The notes beneath the pieces were generated by a model. The model was not told the origin of the DNA. It made no database searches and saw only the letters and a list, made by a program, of their open reading frames with translations. A stretch of DNA of 64,000 nt. It comes from Lepidodermella squamata (taxonomy: Eukaryota > Animalia > Gastrotricha). The stretch is from assembly GCA_047495785.1 (NCBI GenBank), contig JBLDXI010000033.1, positions 2,418,001 through 2,482,000 of the forward strand, read 5' to 3'. Position 1 is the stretch's first letter; every line of letters begins with the position of its first letter. Positions 52,404-64,000 of this stretch are shown piece by piece. Position numbers and translations under genes: made by a program.

Positions 52404-54880
52404 CATCATCATCATCATCATTTTATTGTTTTCCTTCTGATTGCACCATTTTTTTTTTTAATTTTATAAAAGAATAACAGTATTTAGGAATGGATTTATA
52501 AATGGGCAAAAAGAGGATCGAGCGCAGAAGTAAGGCGACCGTACACAGCATATAAGAATGTTTATATAGGATGATGCGCGCAAGGCACGCATACATTAGA
52601 TAAGGTGATTAAAATAATAATTAGTTTTTAACTAAGGCCAAATTTGTAAGGACAGGCCATTCTTCCAATATAAATTTTTTGCACGAGTTAACAAAAAGAT
52701 TTATCGAAGTAATGTTAGTGATAGAGGCAGGTAGAAGGTTCCATAATTTGGCAGTTCTAATAGCAAAGCTAAAGCCCCTAGGGCAAAGTGAATGTTGAGG
52801 AATTGTTAATTTGTTATTAGAATGATGTCGAGTAGTAGAGAGATTAGGTTTGAGAAAGAAAGTATCGAATTCTAGAGGATGAGGCATATTATTAATTATT
52901 TTGAACGCCATCGTAAGATCGCGGACTAACCATCTTTGGTTTAAGGATAGCAATTCAAATTTAGCCAGCCTCTGAATATAGTCGAGGGGAGCCATAGGGG
53001 GAGATATAAATCTAGATGTGAAGTTTTTTAAGCACTTTTCTAAAAGATTACGATGCTTGATTAAATAAGGCTGCCAGACGCATGAGGCATATAGTAGGTT
53101 GGGTAAGACATAAGAATTGAAAGCACGAATTAGAACTGAGTGATTTCTGGTGGAAAAAGAGTTCAGGATCAAACCACAAAGGCGACGGCTTTTAGCGTAT
53201 AGTTGGTTGCAGTGAGACGAGAAGGTCAACCTGCTATCTATGATGACGCCAAGATCGCTAGTTTCTGTCACCGAGTTGATGATGTGAGAACCGAGTAGAT
53301 AATTATGGAGTAAGTTCTTAGATCCAAGACGAAGAATGAAACATTTTTTAAGATTAACTGATAGTTGGTGGGAAGTGAAAAAAGAATAGATAGAGTTAAT
53401 ATCCTGCTGTATATCAGCCGGATTTGTACCCAATTTGGGGTAAATCTTAACATCGTCAGCAAATAATCGAATAATGCAAGATTTCACACAGGATGGCAAG
53501 TCATTAATGAAAAGAAGGAATAAGATTGGGCCCAGCACGCTTCCTTGGGGCACACCGGAAGTGACTGGAGACCACTGACAATGAGCATTGTTAATAACGA
53601 CGCGTTGAGAACGACCAAGTAAAAAATTAGATATCCAGTCAAGTAGGCGACCAGAAATGTTGTAGTGCTCTAGTTTATTTATTAGTTTTAAGTGAGAGAC
53701 GGAATCGAAGGCCTTTTTAAGGTCAAAGTAAATGCAGTCAACGGGGATGCCCCTGTCAAGTCTAGACGACCACTCGTTGATATTTTCGAGTAGCTGCATT
53801 TCGGCACTGCGGCCTGATAGGAACCCAAACTGTTCGGGAGATAGAATATTATTTTTAGTGAGATGAGATACCATTTCAATCCGAATACAAGACTCCATAA
53901 CTTTACATGGTATACTGGTTAGGCTAATGGGCCGATAGTTTTCGGTTGAAGAGGGGGAGCCACTGTTTTTGAAAATGGGTACAACGTTAGCTAATTTCCA
54001 ACAGGCTGGAAGTACACCGGATTCGAAACTTCTAGAAAAAATTAACGAGAGAGGAAATGCGAGAGAATCGGATAACTTCTTTAATATTGTGGGGTGGACA
54101 CCGTCAGGCCCCATAGAAGAATTTGCGTCGAGATTACGTAATAAAGATTCAATAGTTCTAACAGGAAAAGATACTCTAGACAATTCAGAAGAAGGCGTTT
54201 TGGCCAATGATGGAATAGGAATACCATTATCTACAGTGAAAACGGATGAAAAGAACGAGTTGAACAATGCACATTTGCTGCTGTCGTCAGTAACAGTAGC
54301 ACCATTTTGGTCTTTGAGAGATGGAATAGAAGGTTTAGATTTCAATCTGGTATTAGCATAGTTGAAGAAAGTTTTCATTTTACCAGTGTTTATAATGAAG
54401 TTTTCATAATCCGTTCTAAGGTTATCATTAAGAGCCTTCCATTTACGAGAAAATTGATAAAATTTGTCGAGATGGTACTGTTTTTGAGATCGACAGTACT
54501 TCGCCCACCATCTTTCACGCTGGTTTTCCAAGCTACGAAGATTCTTGTTGAACCAAGGGAGCGAGTTTTGTTTCATCGAGTGATTTTTTAGAGGAACGAA
54601 ACGAGAGTAACCTTCAAAGATAATGCTAAGAAAGGTGTCATACATAATATCAATATTTTCACAAGATGCAAACGTACTGTACCAGTCAAAACTATCAAGA
54701 TACAAGTCGAAACTAGGCCAGTCGGTTTTGTGAAAGTTAAGTAGTTTGAGTGGGTTGATAGACAGAGGTTTCATGAAGTCGTTGAAGGACAGTTTGAAGC
54801 CCACTGCAAAATGGTCGGAAGTATAGAATGGTTGAAGGCGTTCGAGGTCATCTTGGCATCTGACCAGAGAAAAAATCTGG
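52404..54880 (-). mobile_element. 5'-truncated non-LTR retrotransposon (CR1/L2-like LINE)
   Basis: Uninterrupted RT ORF. The 3' UTR ends in AATAAA followed by an (ATG)6 tail at 52404-52421. Only the SDH end of the APE endonuclease remains. Confidence 0.9.
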
Positions 54881-54993
54881 GCTGACTCACAGGAGACAGG
54901 GGGTAACCGAAGGGGCGCGGTCTGGGTTGGCGCTTGGGTTGGCGCTAGGCGCGACGGTAGCTGAGACCGACGACTGGGACATGTCGGAACCAA
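52621..54993 (-). CDS. LINE ORF2 reverse transcriptase (endonuclease truncated)
   Basis: PWFN, GPDG, NYRPISLTS, DLKKAFDSV, GVPQGSVLGP, LFADD and DLGV motifs. Confidence 0.9.
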   Translation of the reverse strand: MVPTCPSRRSQLPSRLAPTQAPTQTAPLRLPPVSCESAQIFSLVRCQDDLERLQPFYTSDHFAVGFKLSFNDFMKPLSINPLKLLNFHKTDWPSFDLYLDSFDWYSTFASCENIDIMYDTFLSIIFEGYSRFVPLKNHSMKQNSLPWFNKNLRSLENQRERWWAKYCRSQKQYHLDKFYQFSRKWKALNDNLRTDYENFIINTGKMKTFFNYANTRLKSKPSIPSLKDQNGATVTDDSSKCALFNSFFSSVFTVDNGIPIPSLAKTPSSELSRVSFPVRTIESLLRNLDANSSMGPDGVHPTILKKLSDSLAFPLSLIFSRSFESGVLPACWKLANVVPIFKNSGSPSSTENYRPISLTSIPCKVMESCIRIEMVSHLTKNNILSPEQFGFLSGRSAEMQLLENINEWSSRLDRGIPVDCIYFDLKKAFDSVSHLKLINKLEHYNISGRLLDWISNFLLGRSQRVVINNAHCQWSPVTSGVPQGSVLGPILFLLFINDLPSCVKSCIIRLFADDVKIYPKLGTNPADIQQDINSIYSFFTSHQLSVNLKKCFILRLGSKNLLHNYLLGSHIINSVTETSDLGVIIDSRLTFSSHCNQLYAKSRRLCGLILNSFSTRNHSVLIRAFNSYVLPNLLYASCVWQPYLIKHRNLLEKCLKNFTSRFISPPMAPLDYIQRLAKFELLSLNQRWLVRDLTMAFKIINNMPHPLEFDTFFLKPNLSTTRHHSNNKLTIPQHSLCPRGFSFAIRTAKLWNLLPASITNITSINLFVNSCKKFILEEWPVLTNLALVKN

Positions 54994-55252
54994 CCGGTCT
55001 CATTAATAAAAAACTGTGAAGGTCATTCAATAGATGGTAATTTTTGCCATGATGAGAAGTGCCAGTGTCGCAGTCCCCAAAAATGTTAACAATGTATATT
55101 TTTTATTAATTAAATGTTTGTCATACGCGGGACGCGATTGATGGCTGTTGGTGTTTTGGCAGTTCAATCGTTTTTGGCTGTAAACGGCTTGTTATTTTGC
55201 CTGTCACAAACGTGAGCTACAACACTGATTACTGATCGAATCCGAGATCGCG

Positions 55253-56395
55253 ATGAGGGAGCTCTCTGGTACACCTGCATGCCTTACCACCACAATCATA
55301 ACTCCAATGCGCAATGCATCAAAATGGTTTGATTCATATTTTGAATCATTGCTTTGTCAGCAGCTGTTGAGCTGTACTTCGACCAGAGTTGAGTTATCTA
55401 TATATGACGATGCGTCAAGTCCAGCTGAGAGAGCCGTTTTCGAAAGAAAGCTTTATGCTTTTCTGCTTAACGTGAAACCGGCAAATTTCCTGATTGTAAT
55501 TTCCGGGCATAATGGGAATTTGCCGAAAGGATGTGGATTTGGTAAAAATTTTGCTATCAATCAATCTAATGGAGATTTATTCTGCTTTGCTGATGCCGAC
55601 GATATGTCCCTACCTGAACGTTTGTCGGTTGTGTTGGCAAAATATTCTAGGATGCCCGCGCGATGCCCCCTAGGAATGGGAAGGTCTTTTGCTGGTTCGA
55701 AATGTCAACTGCATCGTAAATTCACCGGTAACTTCAAAGATACTCTTTTTGGCACCAAATTTATTAGACGTCCGCTTGACGCGATGACACGCTATTCGGC
55801 ATGGTCGAACACGTTGAAAAACGACGAGCTGTATACTCAGTCACTTACCTCACACGGACCGGGTTTGATTATGCCGACTTGGGCAGTTTCCAAATCGGTT
55901 TTTCTACGCTCCGGATTCTTTTCCGAAAACGGCCACGGATTTCCGGAAGATCTGGACTGGTGTTTGCGACATTTGTTCAAGAACAGCGGGCAGTGTTGTC
56001 TCGAAGATACGTCGCTAGTTGTTTACACATATCACGAAAGTGCAGCCACCTTTTCTGTCTTGGATGATTCCATTTTGTTGCTGAGAATGAAGTATTTTGA
56101 AGATTACATTGCGCCTCATTGGGAAACGTTTTGCATTTGGGGTAATCGTTACGGGAGGCATGTGTATAAAAATCTTCCGAGATATTTGCAATCTAAGGTA
56201 AATGCTTACCTTGATGTTAATACTAGAATTATAGGCCAAAAATACAATGGTGTTCCAATATTGCATTGGTCTGAAGCTGAACCTCCCATTTTAATATGTA
56301 TCAAGCGAGACCTGACTGGTGGAAAGTTTGAGGAGAATTTGGCGACAATATCCACAAATTTGAAGGAGGGCTCGCAATATTTGCATTTTGCTTGA
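55253..56395 (+). CDS. B3GNTL1: GT2 glycosyltransferase B3GNTL1 (queuosine-tRNA galactosyltransferase QTGAL), intronless
   Basis: IITPMRNA, YDDAS, GCGFGKN, DADD, PTW, GFPEDL, YTYH, PILHW and C-terminal CIKRDLTGGKFEENL. Confidence 0.85.
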   Translation: MRELSGTPACLTTTIITPMRNASKWFDSYFESLLCQQLLSCTSTRVELSIYDDASSPAERAVFERKLYAFLLNVKPANFLIVISGHNGNLPKGCGFGKNFAINQSNGDLFCFADADDMSLPERLSVVLAKYSRMPARCPLGMGRSFAGSKCQLHRKFTGNFKDTLFGTKFIRRPLDAMTRYSAWSNTLKNDELYTQSLTSHGPGLIMPTWAVSKSVFLRSGFFSENGHGFPEDLDWCLRHLFKNSGQCCLEDTSLVVYTYHESAATFSVLDDSILLLRMKYFEDYIAPHWETFCIWGNRYGRHVYKNLPRYLQSKVNAYLDVNTRIIGQKYNGVPILHWSEAEPPILICIKRDLTGGKFEENLATISTNLKEGSQYLHFA

Positions 56396-56466
56396 ATGAA
56401 CAGTTGCCTTTTCCATAACATGATATAATTTTTTGATTCATCGAATGTTGATAGAACTTTATAAAA

Positions 56467-57584
56467 ATGAATTTTCCGTTTCGACTACTTGGTATGGATG
56501 CGCACGACGTGAACGCATCGTATCGCCAATCTTTTCGATGCTATTCATTCGCTATGTTTCAAGGCGAACAGGATAAGGGAAATCTTGAGTATGGCGCCAA
56601 AATTCTTATGCCTCCATCAGCTCTTGAGGAATTGAGCCACATGAACGTGCAATACCCGATGCTTTTTTGTATTCGAAACAAACAACTCCATCGCGAAACT
56701 CACTGCGGCGTGCTCGAATTTACAGCTGAGGAAGGGCAGGTGTTCATACCATATTGGATGATGAGGAATATGCTGCTGAGCGAAGGTGACATCGTTGAAA
56801 TTGAGCTGGCGTCACTTCCTGTTGCCACCTTCATCAAATTCCAGCCTCAAAGTCCTGAATTTCTGGATATTGGAAATCCTAAGGTCGTGTTGGAAAAGGT
56901 CCTTCGAAACTTCGCTACTTTGACCACAGATGACGTGATACCTATCAAGCACGGTGATAAAATATACGAACTTCGCGTTCTTGAAACAAAGCCCAAAAAT
57001 GCCGTGTCCATCATTGAGACCGATACTGAAGTGGACTTCGCTGCACCTGTGGGTTATGTCGAGCCTGAACGGTGAGCTTTTCCCCTTACATTGCAATGCT
57101 TGGGTATCTATAAATTGATATTTTAGACCTCAGAAGAAATCGACTTCGTCTGCTCCAATCGAGCGAGACCTGGAAACAAAGCGTGTGTTAGCGGAGTTGG
57201 AGCAGAAAGAGTTCAAACCATTCAAAGGCTCTGGAACGAGAATCAACGGAAAAATTCCTTCAAGTTCCTCAGATGCCGCGAAAGCTGGGTCTTCGTCTCC
57301 AGCCGTTGTGTTCGTTTTTCATTACATGATCTAACCCTATCAATGGTAATTTTTTTGCATTTCAGGGGTATTCCGAACTACAACTTCAAGCGTGGTAAAT
57401 TAACCTTCTTCCATAATCTGAACGCTCAGAAGGTAAGGGACTCTGCAGAAATCTAACTTGTTATTTTACCGGTAAATTCATTTTGTAGGAAAGAACTGCT
57501 TCTATCTCCGAATCTATTCCAAGCAAAGAAGATATCCAGCCATTCACTGGTGCAGGAAGCACCATTCGGACCAAGCGCAAGTAG
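56467..57584 (+). CDS. UFD1: Ubiquitin fusion degradation protein 1
   Basis: KILMPPSAL, YPMLF, THCGVLEFTAEEG, VDFAAPVGY, GIPNYNF and SHP-box-like FKGSG and FTGAG. 4 exons. Confidence 0.96.
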
Positions 57585-58013
57585 AGCTGATGACCGTTAA
57601 TTCAAACGAACGATCTTTCTCGCCTGTTAATATTTATATTGAGAAAATGAGTGTCATTTCTATTGCGAAATCTACGTCAGGCTATTTGTTAACGAAAATG
57701 AGCTGAAAGCTTTTCATTTTATTGATCACAAATCGTATAGGCCTTATTTCAAAGTGTGATGATAAAAGTGAATGCCGTATTATCCAAGATTCGGTGTTTT
57801 GTAGAATCGTCTAGAAAATGTAAAATCTTCAAATTGTATGAGACAGAAGCTGCTATCCTCTTATCTGCAAAAAGTTTATTATTCTGTGTTCTCAGTGACA
57901 AGTTTTTGTTGCAAAATTTGAAAATAAGAAAAGTTGAAATTCATCACATTTTCGATTGAATATTTCTTTAGATATATAACTAGTTACATTGCCGGTTCAG
58001 ACATTCACAATTG

Positions 58014-59753
58014 ATGGTGAGTCGACTTATCTCAATGAAAATTTAGACTGACCGAACCTATTTTTCAGGCCTTGTTGCTGGGATTGAAAAAATGCACGGA
58101 CGGCGGAAATATTGAAGCATGTGGCCAGGTCTATTCGTTGGCAAGTGGCGCTGTGTTGGACATGCTAAAACATCCATTCGAAAACGCTGCGGAAATCACC
58201 TCCATCGATTATTCCTCGCAATATCGCTCATACTTTGGTGTCGATAGCAAAACAAATCATATATTTGCTTGGAGTCTGCAGCGAAAGGCAACTCAATGCT
58301 TTGAAATACACGTGCTAATTTTAATGTAAAATCTAACCCACAGAATCGGAAATATTCCTCGTTCAACGTCGGGTCGAAACCGCAGCTTGTTATTACGAGC
58401 TCATGCGGAACTTATTGCGCTGCTGCTATTGGTTCGAATATTCATATTTGGCAGGCATGTTCTTTGAGGTGACTTGAGTGTTTAAATCGAACTTTGAATT
58501 TAGGTTGCTACTGGGAACCTTCTCTGCGTGATATCTGGCCATTTCCAACCTGTTACTGTCATGAAATTCACCGACGACAGCAGATTTCTGGTATCGGGTG
58601 GTGAAGACGGCCTTCTGCTTGTGTGGGACATAGCCACGTGTGTCGCAATGCCAGAAATAGGATCTTCGGTATCCAACGACCATCGCCCGCCGATTTACAA
58701 GTGGAACGAACACTCACAGGCTATTACCGGCATCAGCATTGGTCACGGTGGTTTACAAGCCCGAGTTTTCACTACCTCACTCGATCATACATTTCGGGTA
58801 TGCATTCTCGCACTCTTGGTTATAATTTGTAAATGTTATTCTTTTAGATTTGGGACTTGCTTTCTGGCAGACTTTTGATGACGCTATCGTTCGACGCACC
58901 GTTGACAGCGCTAGCAGTTGATGCATCTGAAACTCGAGCATTTGTAGCCACTGATTCTGGCCGCATAATTCAGATAAATCTCTTCGCCCCTCCTACTAGC
59001 AATTCAGTGATTAAATGCGGCTCATCGCAAACTTTCGACGGCCACCAATCGCCCTGCCGTAATTTGGCTGTTTCCCCTGACGGTTTGACCTTGATTTCAA
59101 GTGGTTCGACGTCAAACGATCGTAATGTCCGAATCTGGGACATAGCCAGTCGGCAATGCGTTCGTGTCATCAAGACCAAGGGCGATATCACAGACATGCG
59201 TTTCATAGCTAACACGCCAGCTGGTTACGACACTGATCTGACTAGTGAAAACTCGAGCAATAATGCGATTTCGATTTTGAAGCCGTTTCATAGAAACGTT
59301 ATGCCGCTGAAATCTTTCACATTAACAACATGTGGTCGATTCGATAAAGTGTTGAGAGACGCGAAGAATAGCGATGACGTTCAAGAGTTCTCGTCGAATT
59401 TCGATAGCAGTTCAAATGATGTTTCGAACATTCAATCAAAAGACTCGGCTTCAGCTGATACTAACAAGCGGCTGTACGAATTTTTAGCTTCGAAAATATT
59501 GTCTGGAGATATGAGTAGCCCGACTGGTCGAAACAGTGCGATGAACACTTCGAACGACGCTGTAGAAGATAATGATGATTTGATAATTGTTGAACACGAA
59601 GACGGTAGCGCCGAGGAAGATAACAATGGGGGTGGGCCGCGGCGGAAAGGTCGCAAAGTTGCCCAGCCAGCCGGTGCGAGGCATTCATCGCGTTTGAAGA
59701 ATAAGAAGAAGGCGAATCGTCGTAAGGTTATCATCGGCGGTGTCTTAGATTGA
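58014..59753 (+). CDS. WDR18: WD repeat protein 18 (Ipi3)
   Basis: WSLQRK, IWQVATGNLLCVISGHFQPVT, SGGEDG, TSLDHT and C-terminal NKRLYEF. ATG-only first coding exon (58014-58016). Confidence 0.85.
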
Positions 59754-59913
59754 ATCATTGTTAGAGTCTAAATTTGTTCTTTTACTATGACGGAAAATCA
59801 TGTGTGCCGATATAATGTTAATTTCCTTTACTTTTTTATAGGGATTTAACTGAAATAATTTCTTGCTGGCTGTGGTATCGAGGAAGGGAACTAGATAATT
59901 GTTGCTGGTTTGA

Positions 59914-62241
59914 ATGGCGAGCCCGAGGACCACGCGCGTTCTGCGCGACTTACGTCTGATTGAAGGCAACGACCAGTGCTTCGAATGTGCCTCGAAATCG
60001 CCGCAGTGGGTCTCAGTTTCGTACGGCATCTGGATCTGCCTGGAATGCTCGGGCCGCCATCGCGGGCTTGGTGTTCACCTCTCGTTCGTGCGCTCCACCA
60101 GTATGGATAAATGGAAGGACATTGAGTTGGCGAAAATGAAAGCGGGTGGCAACGCGAAATGCCGGCAGTTTTTCGAGTCGCAGCCCGATTACAACCCGAA
60201 ATGGTCCTTCCAAGAAAAGTACAACAGCCGGGCTGCGGCGCTGTTTCGCGATAAGGTGGCCACTGAAGCTGAAGGCCGTTCTTGGTCGGAAGAGACTTCT
60301 CCAGCTCGGAATTACTCGCCCGGCTCGTTTTACACGCCTACATTGTCGACGTCTTCGTCTTCAATGCATCGCAACGCTTCCGCACCGGCTGTTTCCAAGT
60401 ACAGCGATAACGGGTCGTCGTACCAGTCTTCTTACCAGGCCCGCGGTAGTGAAGACCGGCTGAACTCTGGCGGTAATGGGGGTGGCTCAAACGGCTCGAA
60501 TGGCATGGGCCGTGGCCGAGGCAGCGGCATGATCCCGCCAGAACGGTTCGTTGGATTCGGTAATCAACGGAGCGAAGACGTTCAGGAGCAGAAACAAGGC
60601 AATATATACGACACCCTTTCTTCGGTTAGTTGATCTTGCTAATTCTCATTTGTGTATTTGCATGATCATTCGAATTGAGGAAGCTCATGCGGCCTGCTGT
60701 TTATTAAATCGATTAAATAGCCGTTTTTTCCCCTACTCAACAGGGCTGGTCGGCTATGTCACAGAGTGCCTCACGACTGGCTACGGCCGCCTCAGAAAAG
60801 GTTTGTTGTGTGGAAATTCATTACGCTCGCTTTCTAGTATGTGCGGTCATTGTTGACACGGCTCACTCGAATTGTTTGTTGCTTGTTTGAATTAGAATGA
60901 CGTCGCTCGCAAGTAGTAGCAATGCGGCTACCTTGTATTGATTTTTCCGCCGCCGCCGCCGAATCGCGGCACACGCACGTACAAAGCGCGTTTCTTTTGT
61001 TTCGCTTCGTGATCACCGTGCGCCTATAGCCAATTCAACTCCCATTCCACGATCGCCAGGGCGCTTGTTTTACGTTTGTGCCGTTCCGTTTTCTTGCATA
61101 GCGCGCGACCGATTTGGCTAGCCGCCTAACAGAAGTACTTTCACCAGTAGAATCTTGTTTTATCAGCCCGAATTTCAGTGAAATCATCGATCATCATATG
61201 CAAATATTTTGAATTAGTCGCGCTCTTGCATTATTTCCAGTAATAATATTGCTATCAGCTATCACAAGAGCTGCAGCGCGATGTTCTCGCGGTCGAAAGA
61301 ACCCTTTAGAAATGTCAAATACGCTCCGGTCGAGTGGCCTAAGGTGACCTAAAAAATCTAACCTTGCATGTGTCGCTTCCGTTTTTCTTACCTATGATAA
61401 TTTTTCCCCCAGGTGAAAGAAGGACGCATCCAGGATGGCTTTTTCAACCTGGCTTCCAAGGTTTGTCGCAGTTTATTTACCCTATTATTTTTTGTGTTGT
61501 TTAGCTACTTGGTTGTGACCTATAGCTGCACTTCTCTTTGCTTTTTTTTTATGTCTCGCATGTTTCTCTGTGGCGTCTTGTCCGGGCACTATCGATGTCG
61601 ATAGGTTAAAGATCCGTCACTTTGGTCAAATGTTTCCACTTCACTAGGAGGAGTGGCAACCAAGGTAACGCTACTTTGGCCCTTCTGCTTTCCTTATTTA
61701 TCATTTTCTGGGATTTTCGTTGATATGCTTAATTTTTGACTAGGTAACCGCGGTGACAAGTCGGAGCATAAACGGTCTCTCCGGCTATTTACAACCACAA
61801 GGCAGTAAAGATGACCCGAATTACAGCGCGCAGGAGGACGACGGCTTTGGTGGCTACAACAGCAGTCGCGGCGACCCGTACGGCAGCCAGTCATTCCAAG
61901 ACGAACCTCCGCGGTCCAATAGCAAGTTTTCGATCGGAGGCGACGATTACCAGTCTTATCAGTCGAATACGAGTCGACCCGCCAGCAACAGCGCCCGGTC
62001 ATCCAGCCAGCAGCAGCAGCAGCAGCCGCAGCAGGATAAGAAAAAGGAACCCGCTGTCGGTAATCTTATCGATTTTTGGGGCGAAGAGCAATCGGGCGGA
62101 TTTGAGGCTGACGCACCTAAACCTTCGTCATCAAATGGCAATAACAGCAAGAAGCAGCAACCTGAGCAAAAGGCGAAGGGTGGCAACGACGAATGGGGCG
62201 ATGAGTGGGGCGAGTGGTGGACCTCGGACTCGAAGAAGTAA
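59914..62241 (+). CDS. ARFGAP1: ADP-ribosylation factor GTPase-activating protein 1
   Basis: [38 protein letters not shown]-like exons and a Trp/acidic C-terminus. Confidence 0.95.
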
Positions 62242-64000
62242 AATTGTTATCAACAATGAGTTGGAAATTTTCGGCTATTCGGAAAAATGTATCTATAAAT
62301 ATTACAATAGCGATTTACAAATTAAACCGTGATATTTATTATAGCATATATCATATGTAAAAAAAACAATTACTACCATAAAAAAACAATTCGGTGGCTT
62401 GGGTAAATTTAATACCAATTAATTGAAACCGTAATTGTACAGACCCTCCTTTAATCGCATTCGCTATTCTAACGGGATATGTATTGTTTGTACGAGAAGT
62501 CGACGTGAGCCCAAATTTTTCTCGTGTGCTCCCTCGCTCTCTTCGATGTCATTGTCTCGGGGCTTCTTGATCTGATATAATGGATGTTACTGCATCGTTA
62601 TATTATTAATAAATTAATAACCAACCTAGTATTTATTTATTGGAGAAGAGAGAAATCAATTCTTATTCTACAACTATTTTATTACTACTTGATGTTGTGC
62701 TAACACGAGTTGTCATCACATTCTTCGTGTTCATCTAAATCAGAAGTGCAAGCGTTGTATAAAATCTATTGCCGACGATATTACAATACTATTTTGCTTG
62801 AAATAACTGAAACAGCAAAATCAAGTTGCTTCAGGTCTCGATTCCAGCACCTCTTGTTTTGTCTTGTCACTAACCGAAGTGTGGACCGCATGCAATCACT
62901 AATTGACTACTAAGGGAATTTTTGGAGAACCAAAAGTAATAAACAATGCGTCAAAAAATCGACGCCGTTTTGCTCATGATTAGTTTTTTGTGTGCTCTCT
63001 GCATAACATGATTCCGACTACAAATTGTTAATGTGATGACCGACTAAAATCCTTCTACTGAGTCCTTCGTCTCGCGAATTTTGGAAAAAAAAACATAAAA
63101 CCGAGAATAATTTAAACAAACTAAAAGGCTATAGTTATGTTGATATTGTGTTCAGTCAATTTAATTGTTCTGCCATTAAGCTCGCGTCTTAAGTGGATGT
63201 CAGGCCTTCAGCATTTGAATGTGAAAGAATGTTCTGAATAAAATAAAAATCGTGAAACCGAAAAAAGCATTTGTTTTTCTCAGAGTTATTCTCGAAGATC
63301 GAGGACTACAGGGCCACAGGTCAAATAGTTCAGATTCTCCATCGATTGCGGGTCGTTGAACATGGTGAAAAGATATAAATATAATGCAATGCTGCTCCGG
63401 CCCCGCTGAAACGCTCGTAAACTTGTTCCACGACGCAGACGAAAGCTAACTCGAAAGCTAACCGTAAGACATACCGTGGCAAGTGTCAACTGATAAAAAT
63501 AATTTACTGTTTTACTCAACATCGAGAAATCTTTTGTACATAACAATCGAGAACTAACGAGAATCTTGAAACGATACATGATTTCTATCGCATCGACTTC
63601 GCCTATGCGCAAAAATAATGTACATAAACGGACCATGGGCATTCGTAGATTCGTCCAAATGATACCGACACCTCGTGTTGCTGGCTGGGCAACAGGCTCT
63701 CGAATCTGGCTTACATCGGGTCGCGTACCAAGTTCTCGATGCGGTTCGGATTCCAACGATATGAAAAATTACATCACTAAAATACCGTGAGCTTCGTTTC
63801 CTTCCCTTGAACATTACCTGTTATTTTATGTCCCGAAATGGGTTGTATTGAACTTCACTGTACACATTAAGACTGGCCCTTTTTGGGGCTATCCAACGGT
63901 ACCCCATTCACGGGGTCTTGATCTTACCAACTATAGTGTCGAATCTGCAGACCTTCCCGGCAGCAAACCTGAAATTTCCCGCTTTCCCTATTAGGAAGCT

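Noticed and set aside
62398-62416. SL1-like GGTATTAAATTTACCCAAG on the minus strand
   Set aside because: No following splice donor or recognisable Sm site, so probably chance in AT-rich 3' sequence.
63286-64000. ORFs of 74-156 aa at the right edge
   Set aside because: No recognisable domain, and stops occur in all frames tried. Cannot be assigned without flanking sequence.

Overview
Gene-dense window from a compact animal genome with mostly 45-60 nt spliceosomal introns and several intronless genes. No rRNA, intact tRNA or CRISPR was seen. Recognisable genes: PIF1 (partial), a CDK1-like kinase with a QATSLRE helix, RPL9, two tandem Ser/Thr dehydratases, NUP153, MFSD14/HIAT1, a CIB EF-hand protein, a PKA catalytic-like kinase, an alpha2delta/CACHD1-like VWA-Cache protein, KDM4, B3GNTL1/QTGAL, UFD1, WDR18 and ARFGAP1, plus a 5'-truncated CR1/L2-type LINE. 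Four things stand out. (1) A signal-peptide protein interleaves 8 Sushi/CCP domains with about 15 ankyrin repeats (12217-15998). (2) A recently amplified array at 26.4-34.6 kb holds small genes with N-myristoylation/palmitoylation motifs, a coiled coil and a basic tail (2 intact, 4 frameshifted). (3) One array unit carries a 1.4-kb TIR element filled with tRNA-like Pol III cassettes. (4) Two distant orphan genes (9874 + and 42364 -) share unrecognised N- and C-terminal domains. There are also operon-like spacing with unpaired splice acceptors, two consecutive GC-AG introns in WDR18 and a strong CTCF-consensus site. Exon structures were deduced by eye and no database search was run.
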